Source: Ylistrum balloti | Lineage: Eukaryota | Length of the DNA: 64,000 bases | Assembly: GCF_031769215.1 (NCBI RefSeq) | Contig: NW_026781893.1 | Location: 558,001 to 622,000 of the forward strand | Direction of reading: 5' to 3' | In this document: positions 15,814 to 25,940 of the stretch, in pieces | Layout of the letters: each line of letters starts with the position of its first letter | Numbering within the stretch: position 1 is the first letter of the stretch | Made by a program: the position numbers and the translations under genes | Notes under the pieces: generated by a model | What the model was told of the DNA's origin: nothing | Databases searched by the model: none | The model's input: the letters and a program-made list of their open reading frames with translations, nothing else

Positions 15814-17707
15814 TTAGTTTGCAGCAAGTCGGGAAATCTCTCCAGCCAATTTATCAGCCTGGTTTGCTACCCCTTGCGCTGCAGATGCTGCCATTTCTGC
15901 TGCAGCAAGTTCCTCTGCTGCTGCCATGTCACGTGCAATGTAGATGGCTCCAAGAAACAGGCCCCAACTGAACACCAGTTTTCTGAAAAAGCATCATTTT
16001 ATTGTTTAAACATGCAATGACAGAAAATGAAGAAACTAAGATATATTAATGTCCTGCAATTCAGGGTGGTTGGGTGGCACATTGGTAACACATTCACCTT
16101 TCACCTAGCTGTCCAGGGTTGGATTCCTGGAACAGACGTACAAAGGTAATATACTTGCTCTTGGATTCAACAGGCTGTGCACAATCCTGCATATGGGCAA
16201 GTTCTCTATTTGAGTGATAGTGACTTCTCTGAGAAATGAATTGGTTACTAATTTACCCAAATAAGGAATAACTTGTAATAATAATACAAACCTCTTAAAA
16301 GCATTATCAACAAAAATGGGTATCATCTTTTTAACATGGCCTTACAGCCAGTTTGACATTGTATTCACTGAAGAAATATTTATATCTGTTATCTAACTTT
16401 GTGCTATTCATTTATATCACAGACTTTGTTCACTATTGATTACTGTGTTTAACCATAGGGAGCATTTAGTGGAAATGTTATAGGTTATTTTTAGAAATTT
16501 TTCGTTGCAAATGTTAAAAAAGAAATGTATGTTAAAAGTATTCCTCATTTGAATAGGAATAACTGTAACTCAAATGAAGGACTATTATCAAAATGCAGCA
16601 TTGGGTCACATCTGTATGAGAAAATGCACTGGAACTCATTACAAACAGTGTTTTTAACAGGTTGGACACAACCCTGCATATAGGTAGTAATTACAAATAT
16701 AATCAGTAACTCAAGTGCAAGATTGTTTGAAATAGAAACACGAAAGTTTTTTTAAACAGGTGATGTAAAAAAAATGTCACCATTTTAAAAAGATCAAAGT
16801 GTGACAAATATATTTGCAGAAGTATAATCATTTCCATTGTTTAACTTCAAGCTCAATTGACGGAGACTTTGTACTCCACTGACCGCAGTGTACAGTCAAT
16901 GGGGACATATAGCAGGGACGTATAATACGTCTCTGCATATAGCAAAAATGTCATGGTTGAACATGAATTTAATGTATCTGTATTCTATTTTCAGCAACAC
17001 TATAATTAAAGGAGGTGATAAAGTTTATGACTGTAACACTTTCTTTGTGAAAATGTGCATTTATGATAATTTGGCCATGTCAAATATATGAAGCCCGTTT
17101 TAACGCAATATTTTCATGAAATTTTGTATTTCTAACTTAAATTATCCTGAATTTAAGTAACAAATTGATCGTCATTCAAATGCAGGACTATTACCGATAT
17201 GGGGGATGATGCTGTACCTTTTCAAGGAGTCGATATCAAAATTCTAACCCACTCCCTCTTCCCCGTGCTCTCAACAGCTCAGGTACGGTTAAAGCTTACT
17301 AAACCTGTGTGGTAAGAACAGGGGTTTGTGACCATGTTTCTTGGGGTTTTAGAGGGAGGGGGCTTGTGCAAGATGGACTTTTCTGTATACTCAGATCACT
17401 GATCAATGCCATTTTGGTTAAAACACAGGTACCAGCCTCGTCGTTCAATACACTCACACTGACTGTACTGACCGAGGAGACTGGTGGGCGAATCCCTGTA
17501 TAAATGTGCCGATGACGCTGTGGTCGTTGTCCTGATGAAGGACACCTTCAAGATTTTTTTGTCTGCGAAATTATTTGTACATTTGACAGTACATGTCACT
17601 GAAATATTCGCATTGTACCATTACCACACGTACTTCAATTCACTAGTACTTTACCGTATAAATGGATCGGAATAGCATTGCTTGATTCTGTTCTTAATGT
17701 TGGCCAT
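15814..17707 (-). CDS. TOMM6: Mitochondrial import receptor subunit TOM6 homolog, 73 aa. Exons 17707-17655 and 15982-15814
   Basis: MANIKNRIKQCYSDPFIR|KLVFSWGLFLGAIYIARDMAAAEELAAAEMAASAAQGVANQADKLAGEISRLAAN*. The TM segment aligns without gaps to the Tom6 motif RNLILNLGLFAAGVWLARNL. The phase-2 intron CG|GTAAAG...TTTCAG|A splits the Arg codon before the TM helix. Not in the supplied ORF track. Confidence 0.8.
16064..16150 (+). mobile_element. tRNA-derived SINE head (degenerate) in TOMM6 intron
   Basis: A-box-like TGGCACATTGG (16075) and B-box-like GGTTGGATTCC (16117); alignable to the copy at 36441. Confidence 0.55.
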
Positions 17708-18589
17708 GCTGTTTGTGAAAGCGCCTCACAAACTGCGAGGATGAGAAAGTGATCAAGATCGACCAAACGTTTCGTTGGACATTAACTAGTACGAGTATTC
17801 TCCCTTCGTTCGACAAACATTTAAGACATTACGAAGAGATCTACAAATTAATATGATAAATACATCGGAAATGAGTTTTCATTTTTACAAACTTCACGAG
17901 CAAAAATTAAATCTTTTTGCAGAGTTTCATAAAAAAAAAATCTATTTGAATTGGAAAAACAAAACTCAGAAAAGTTAACGATGCATCCCAACAGAACTAC
18001 ATTTAAATATCTACCTCAATTTTCCATATCGGGTCTGTCCCTTTGTACACACTGAGAAAATTGAATCCCTTTAACCCAACCATGCCTATTGATTAGAAAC
18101 CAATCTTTGGGCCAAATCCACTCAGCGTCTCAATTTGTGAATGTTTAAGGAAATTACTAAAACCTATTGAAATATTACTTGGACTTTTACTCAAAGTGTG
18201 TGCGGGTTTTATCTTAATCAAAAATTGATTTCTTTCTGAAAGTTTCCAAAAGAAATAGCTCCTTCGAGTTCTTATTTCTAAGCACAAATGATGGTGCAAT
18301 TGTGCTTTTTTATGCTTCCAGGTAATCTTGGACCATTTCATTCTACATATTTTCGTACGCATAACTCTCCGTAAAGAGCCTCTTTCCGCAGTGTTCCAGA
18401 CCTCTATTTTAATTCTCCTTCGTGTATAGGTCGAGGGAGAGAAAGAGTAAAAATCATAATTTGGTTTTCATGGAACAATGGAATAATGTTTCAATAGTTT
18501 TACTTAATTTCTTTACTTTTTTTTGTGGTGGTGGTGGTGGAGGTGTAGGGGGATTCGATTATAAATGTTAAGGGTTTGACTTTCGACGG

Positions 18590-19217
18590 ACATACTACAT
18601 AATCCCCTTCAGTATCTATACTCTTTTGCCAGCGATGCATAAGGGCCGCAATGCTACTTTTAAGGAAGTCGTTTTTTCCACCGTTCAGAAAATCAACCAC
18701 TGCATATTTGACGTCATCATCTGACCAAATGTAGATACCGGAAATGATCTTTTTTAGTTTTGGACATAATGAAGATCTAATGGATCCACACCACGTAATG
18801 TCCTGTTGGAACAGCACACCTGATTTTTGTCCCGTTTGCAGATTATCTACCACCAGAATACCACCAGCATTCCAGAAAACTGAGGAGATATGTAATGTAT
18901 GGAAATGTACTCTTTCCAGTGAAACCCTAATTGTGCTGGTTATATATCTCTCTGCAACTCGCCGGTCAGCCATAACAATATCATGGACTTTATTGACCAT
19001 TTCGGGGGTTGCAAGTGAGACAGTCCTTCAAGGACGGGTGTCATCCCTAAAGTTCTGCCTGTCACGCTTAAATTCCGCCACCCACCTTTTCACTGTAGCA
19101 TATGAAGGGGCATCTTTCCCTAGCGTTGCTACCATATCAGTATTATGAAATGCTAGACCTTTTTTTATGCAAATATTGAATCACTGCTCTTTCAGCGTTT
19201 TTTTTTTTTTTTTTCAT
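18590..19217 (-). mobile_element. Mariner (Tc1/mariner) transposase relic, internally deleted
   Basis: RAVIQYLHKK..., MVATLGKDAPSYATVKRWVAEFKR, VHDIVMADRRV, VFWNAGGILVVD, LFQQD, PKLKKIISG, SDDDVKYAV, LMHRWQKSIDTEGDYV. Contains a stop, frameshifts and large missing blocks; TIRs not recognised. Confidence 0.85.
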
Positions 19218-19380
19218 TTTTAAAAAGTCACTTGCCTTTTTTAATTTAGAGTGCTATATTTCCAACATAAACTAACCAAATGACACTGGTCTTCGGGTAC
19301 ACAGCCTTAAATAGTCAGGGAATAGTAGAGCTGAAAAAGGACATTCCTGTTTAACTTCTTCAATAGAAGGCTCACAACTT

Positions 19381-19555
19381 ATCTCACCATTAACCGTCAC
19401 AACGCCACACAGTTTATATAAAACATCTGGAATCGGACGTCACTACATACCCCTTACCATCTCACCATTAACCGTCACAACGCCACAGTTTATATAAAAC
19501 ATCTAGAATCGGACGTCACCATCATATCCCTTACCGTCTCACCATTTACTATCGT
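19381..19555. repeat. Tandem repeat, about 77-bp unit x2.3
   Basis: ATCTCACCATTAACCGTCACAACGCCAC...GGACGTCAC..CATA.CCCTTACC repeated at 19381, 19459 and partially near 19536. Confidence 0.8.
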
Positions 19556-20538
19556 AATGTCATGCAGGTTGTACAAATATTTACTGTCAGCAAATGAGAT
19601 TTACGACGAACTTTCACCACAATTTCCATCTCACAACTCTTTACTACAACTAGTAAGATCTTCAGGTAAGAAAAGCATTTACCGTCATAACACATACTAA
19701 ATCAAATAAGTAAACCGTTTGTTGACAAAGGAGGATTCGAAAAGTAAAACCATATACAAACAAAAGAATGCGGTGTGGCAATATTGTCTGACAGTAAATA
19801 ATACAATTAGGTTTTACTCAAAACGAATTCAACAAAAATAATATCACATGCTACGAGTGATGTACGAGACAACAGTCTACAAGCAATAATAATAATAATA
19901 ATAATAATAAAAAACCCAATATCAACCAAAAATGTCAAACCAACCGTCTCAAAACAAAAATATTCCAATTCCGGGATGACAGAATAAGTGAATCAGTAGT
20001 GAAGAGTTTGATCAGTACCGAAGTGAGAATAAACTGTCATTAATCTTACGTTCATTTTATCCGATATAAGTATATAAGACATCAGGCATGCTGCCACGTG
20101 ACCATTAAATTGACACGACTTTAATATCTAAATAACTGATGTTTTTGTCATAACAATATTAATACTGCTTTCCCCTATCTAACTGATGTTTATTTTGACA
20201 GCTTATCTACATTGCAGTTACTTATAAATATTGGAAACAAGACATGTCATTGTGTCCAAAGTGAGATGCCATTCGTCGCAGATCATAAGGAATATGCGTG
20301 GATATATTAAGGCTTAAAGTGTTAGTGTATCGTTTTATAAGATTTAAATAAGAAAGACATTAGCACCTAAATAAGAAAATGTCGAAAACCGCATGTAAAT
20401 TGATTCACTACGACCGATGATATGGCCTGTCAATCATCCCAGTTTGCACCTGACTGGTAAAGCCAATCAGAGTGTAGCGGATATGTGTGTAGTGTAGTGC
20501 ACATGAAATCGTGACGTCACAAGGTGAACACATTCAAC

Positions 20539-22286
20539 ATGGATGCCTACAGCGATAGTGGAAGCGATGGGACAGAAGACTCACAATCAGATTGCGACCT
20601 TCATATGGGATACTCTTCTTCTGATTTTGAAGTGGAGCATTCTGAAGGTATTCGACCTTATCGTTTTGAGCCAGAGCTAGGAAGTGACGACGATGAAGAA
20701 AGCGGCAATCCGCCATCGGCAATCGAGGACCGCTTGGGCTCAACCGAATGGTACGTAGACCTATATTAAGGCCCAATATAAGAATACCTTGATACTTACG
20801 GCCTTTTAATGGCCAAAGTATTTTTATTGAGCCTTAAAATTTTCGTTAAACGGAACCGTCAACTTTGCCTTCATGTATATTATAACATAACTTAACCAGG
20901 CAACATAAAACTATATCGCTGGACGAGTAATCTCGTCACTACGAACTTGGTCGGCTTGCCCATAAAGGATATGCGATGTTGTTAACCTAACATCTATACT
21001 GAGTATATATTTTTCCATCTATAAATTATCAGTTATTATTATATTAATTATTCTGTCAATAAGAATATATATAGGCCTGATCTCAATCTCTACAAAATAT
21101 GTTATTGTGTACCAATGGTAATGTTGTTTGGTGAGTTTTGTAGGGAAAATATCCAGAGCATCTTGACAGAGGAAGTTGTATCTGCTCAAAAATAAATATT
21201 AAAATCCATCTACACCATTTGAAAACTACTAAATTCTGCTTGGAGCAAATAAGTTAACTAGGAAGTAAACACAGATTAGACTTCAGAGCAGCATGGAGAA
21301 GCTGCAAAACCACTTGGGACAAACACAGATTATGTTTTAGTGTTTTTTTGTTATATTTAATCCTTCACAAGGACAAATCAACTTTATTTCATATAAATAT
21401 TCCTGTTGACAAAATATCCTTTGACTGATGTGATGAACACATGAAATAACACCTAGAATATCTAATAAAAAAAATAAGGGCAATCCAAAAAATCAGTATT
21501 TCTGGGAATTTATTTGGTTTTAGAGTAGAACTACTCTGTAACAAATATAACTTTCAATACCAAACAACTTTCAATAACAAATGCAATTTCCAATAACAAT
21601 CTCTAACAATGCTTATGCGTTAAACATAATTCAGAATGACTATTTTACAGGTGCAAATGTGAAAACTGTCGAGAGATGCCAACAGTCCCTGAAAGTATTT
21701 GTTGCACTGAAATTGCACAGATCCAACACATCAAGAATGAGTTTCCACACCTGAACTGCATCACACAGCACCCTGGATTTCCTTCTGTTTGCCTAGATGT
21801 GTATGTGTTGCGTACAGCATATCAAGCCTTTAGACAGTACCATAATGGCAACATACCCGATGGTCCAGCGTAAGTAATAGCTATCCATTGAATGTTACAT
21901 GTATATGATGTGAAATATCATACAGAGATTTGTGATTATCTGACAATTTGTTTGTTTTTCCCCTTATAAAACCTCATCTATTATTGGACTTTTGCAGTAA
22001 GAATACCAAACAAGTTCAAGTGCTGAGACTGAAAGACACCTGTGAATTATAATTTATTATAATTTATAATACCAAAATGAAAACATGACAATGCATCTGT
22101 ATTTCTTGTTTATCTTTTTTCAGGCGAAACCGCTACACTGCCTACCGACAGTTTGTCCGATGGTGCTGGGGTTTTCTGGGGCGAAATGTACGAGTCCCAC
22201 TTCCAGCATGTGCTGTAAATCTCATACGACAGACATTCCCGCCTGGTGATGGTGAAGAATTGAGGGGTTTCAATTATGGAGACTGA
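20539..22286 (+). CDS. KolX / P2X7 intracellular-ballast-like Cys-rich protein, 197 aa, intact. Exons 20539-20750, 21651-21869, 22124-22286
   Basis: Acidic N-terminus, then PYRFEP...WCKCENCREMPTVPESICCTE...CITQHPGFPSVCLDVYVL...RNRYTAYRQFVRWCWGFLGRNVRVPLPACAVNLIRQTFP...GF. GT-AG introns, consistent phases, no stops. Confidence 0.88.
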
Positions 22287-22317
22287 ATGAAAAGTATGGT
22301 TTTGTGAATGACTAGTT

Positions 22318-23214
22318 TCAAGCGAAACGGGATTGGACTGATGACACAGCTTCTAGTTTTGAAGGCCGTTCAAAGGTGCTGCATAGTGCTGGAGGTGCAT
22401 CCATCAGGACATCTTGTGTTTTAGTCATTCTGGTGTTTGTTGCCTTGTTGACTGTTATTTGTAGCAGCTCTTGAACGTAATCTGTCATTAAAAAAAGAAG
22501 ACATTTCAATGGATTGTTGCCTTTAATTTATGTGTAGTGCCGGTCACTGCCGGTGTCATGCATAATATGTAGCCCCCGACCAAAATGTAATCGGATACTT
22601 TTTATTCCTACATAAAACATACCCCCATTGCTTAAAAGGTAACCCCCTACCCAAAATCTTCAATTTTATTTTTTTTCCCAAACTGAATAGTGAAGTTATG
22701 AAAAATGACCCAGGGGTTCCCACGATTTAGTATACTTACCGAAAGTTGGCTCCATTTTCACTTCACGGACTGTGTATTCTCCTTTCTTGTGTTTGGGATA
22801 CACAATGTTGTAACAAGTGTTACCATCTTTGGTGACTGCTGGGTCCCTGCCTCCATTTTCATTGTAATGAAGGACACCGAGTAGAAGTCTGCAATATAAA
22901 CAAGAAAATGCCGTCTGTATGGTGGGGATAGCGTCGGCATTGAGAACCTTCTTCTTGGGGGGAGTTTGACCCATGGATCGAAGAATGGCGTATTTCATAG
23001 GATATGACCCATCTTCGAAGTGTTTTTCACACAGAGCCGAGTACGTTGTTGGACCGTCCCACTTGTCTCTTTTCTTTTGTACAAAATTTGTCCACATCTT
23101 ACACAGATCGGCATTAGTAGGGAATAAATGAAGGGCAAACCCATCGCCGTACTTTGTTGAACACCCGTATGCCACACACCTCTTACCTACACTTCGTTTC
23201 CTATTTTCGCTCAT
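22318..23214 (-). CDS. Truncated transposase: THAP zinc finger fused in frame to the transposase C-terminus, DDE core missing, 212 aa. Exons 23214-22740 and 22481-22318
   Basis: THAP signature RCVAYGC...LHLFP...W...LCEKHF...DAIPTI is followed by RLLLGVLHYNENGGR...YPKHKKGEYTVR and a spliced tail DYVQELL...PPALCSTFERPSKLEAVSSVQSRFA*. Expression unknown. Confidence 0.75.
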
Positions 23215-23699
23215 TGCGAAACCTCGTAAAGTCTCAACGTTGTCCTCGATTATCTGTTGTCCCCAATTAAACAAATTATACACCAGATCCACTGTCAAAC
23301 ACGAAATAAAATCATTCGGTCGCTTCAGTTGTATGTAAATAAATATGGCTGACTCGCGTACCCGCGGTATATGTGTTCACCTTGTGACGTCACAGATCTG
23401 TGTGTACTCAAAACGGGGTCAATGCCCAATCCGTACAGGTGTGTTTTTCAAACAACGTTAAATATCTCGATGAGTATTTATTTTTCAGAGTTCGTTCTTG
23501 CTGTAGCTATCTTATAATTTTAAAAGGATTTTAAATATATTAAAAAACAATAGCAGTGCACTATCTCTTTAAGCCAAACAAAATCACGTGAGTTGTTTCC
23601 AAATTCAAGATAACAACTTCAAGGTTATCACAAGGCTATTCTGTAAGGAAATACAACACTTTAAATAGTTCGATGATATACTGGTCTATCGATTGTTCA

Positions 23700-24290
23700 T
23701 TTTATAGATAATCCACTACAAATGTAACAACAGGGGACACGCTACCTTTACAAGTATATTTGTAACATGGAACAGCGAGAAAGAATGTTTAAATTAGTAG
23801 CCAATGACAAAGTTTGTCACTCAAAGCGGCATCTTTCCTTGAGGGATTCTCGTCAAACTTCACACTTATAAAGCATCAAAATACACCAAAATCCCACGGT
23901 TGAGTTACAGAGTTGTTAGGTAAAGGTCACTGTTACTAATTCTAGGAAATCTTTGTCAGCTCTCTATTGGCTTCGTTCCATCTAGGATCAAACCGTTCTT
24001 ACATGTGACTATGATATCTTGGACAAGATCATGTTTCAGGGTTGGTGGGTCAAGGTCAAGGTCGTTTTTAGAAAACCGTTGTCGGTGTTCGTCTTCAGGG
24101 ATTTTCATGATAATTCACAAACTTTCTAATCATTCAGATGTCTTGAACAAATTTGGGTATCAAAGTTGTTGGGTATAGGTCAAGGTCATTACTAATTTTA
24201 GATACCGTCGTTAGCACTTAGCGGCTTCATTCCTTACCAGGATTTTGATAAAACCTCACACTTTAGACTGTATTGAATTATTACACATCG
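23700..24290. repeat. Degenerate interspersed repeat with GGTCAAGGTCA units
   Basis: GGTCAAGGTCA-type motifs near 23925, 24048-24062 and 24178-24188 with similar flanking blocks. Confidence 0.4.
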
Positions 24291-25128
24291 GTGATGAATC
24301 TGTATTGTCAGGTTGTCTTATTTACTTATTGTATTTTCCCATAAAATCAGTTAAATGCTAATTGTATAATTTTCTTTTTATTCTAAACTAACACCAAACA
24401 CGCCATCTTTTTATAAAACCTTACAGTATATAGCTGGTGAGTCCTGGTAGGCTGTTTGGAGTGTAACATCACCTAATTCATTTATGACTTGCTCCCGGTG
24501 GCAACCGTCTGGATATGTACCAGGAAGTGAGTACCTGTATAAATAAATATTATAAGTCTTGCTCGGTGTTAACTCCACTGGAATGTACCAACCTGAAGAT
24601 ACATAAACATTCTTACGTTAATTTTCACCATGGACTTCCTTAATGATACACAGCACTTTGAAGAATAGCCACAAACGATGGAAATATATCCCACCTCAAA
24701 GAAAAATGCTATATTGTGATTTTTTACACAGAAAGATATTTTCTATATCTGACAGTCTTATTGGAAAGGATATGTTTATTCGTCAATTTTTATAAAGACC
24801 GGCAATGCCTTTCTTTTCATATGAAGCTACGATCGGCAAACGCTAATTAGTCAGGTGAATTGTAGAATATCGGATTAAAAAGGTTAGACGTTGGCTGTTA
24901 AAGAATATGCACTTGTTTCAATACTGTTTATACATACTCTCAGGTCTTCATAAGAATTTTAAAAAAAAATCATTTTCATCATAAAATGCATTTGATTGAT
25001 CAATTTACAAGTATGAAAATTGAAAGTGATAAACAACAGGATAGTTTTGTGGTCAACGGTGCTCCGCTTTACACGTTTCAATTCATTATTGGGTTAATAT
25101 AATCTTTCGTTCACTTTGGGGTGTGTTA

Positions 25129-25940
25129 GGTAAAAAGTGGGGATTTACCTATCTGGAAATAAGAGACGAGGAAATCTCACACCGGTAAAAAGCGGGGATT
25201 TACCTATCCGGGATAGGAGACAAGGAAATCTCACACCGATAAAAATCGGGGATTTACCTATCTGGGATAAGAGACAAGGACATCTCACACCGGTAAAAAG
25301 CGGGGATTTACCTGTCCGGGGTAAGAGACGAGGAAATCTCACGTCGGTAAAAAGCGGGGATTTACCTATCCGGGATAGGAGACAAGGAAATCTCACACCG
25401 GTAAAAAGCGGGGATTTACCTATCTGGGATAAGAGACGAGGAAATCTCACACCGGTAAAAAGCGGGGATTTACCTGTCCGGGATAAGAGACGAGGAAATC
25501 TCACATCGGTAAAAAGCGGGGATTTACCTGTCCGGTATAGGAGACGAGGAAATATCACATCGGCAAAAAGCGGGGATTTACCTGTCCGGGATAAGAGACA
25601 AGGAAATCTCACACCGGTAATAAGCAGGGATTTACTTATCTGGGATAAGAGACAAGGACTTCTCACACCGGTAAAAAGCGTGGATTTACCTGTCCAAGGT
25701 AAGAGACAAGGAAATCTCAAACCGGTTGAAAACGGGGATTTACCTATCCGGGATAAGAGACGAGGAAATCTCACACCAGTAAAAAGCGGGATTTTACCTA
25801 TCCGGGATCAGAGAAAAGGAAATCTCACGTCGGTAAAACGTGGGAATTTACCTATCCAATATAAGACGAGGTTATCTCACACCAGTTAAAAGCGGGGATT
25901 TACCTGTTCAGGGTAAGAGACAAAGAAATCTCACGCCGGT
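25129..25940. repeat. Minisatellite, 54-bp unit x15
   Basis: Consensus GGTAAAAAGCGGGGATTTACCTATCCGGGATAAGAGACGAGGAAATCTCACACC; 812 bp is 15 units. Confidence 0.95.

Larger units (their letters stand above)
20318..23568. mobile_element. Kolobok-type DNA transposon, non-autonomous deletion derivative (3251 bp)
   Basis: TTAA at 20314-20317 and 23569-23572; imperfect TIRs AGTGTTAGTGTA / AGAGATAGTGCA (9/12); perfect 23-bp subterminal inverted repeat. Two convergent genes (THAP transposase remnant and Cys-rich accessory protein) give the known Kolobok layout. Confidence 0.8.

Noticed and set aside
17309-17675. Overlapping short ORFs in the TOMM6 intron
   Set aside because: No recognisable protein; the longest minus-strand frame is cut by a TGA soon after its possible acceptor.
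18093-18420. 89-aa minus ORF upstream of TOMM6
   Set aside because: No motif recognised; alternative frames contain stops; may be decayed TE sequence.
25137-25889. 250-aa (+) and 209-aa (-) ORFs
   Set aside because: Both are translations of the 54-bp minisatellite; no ATG start, splice context or domain.
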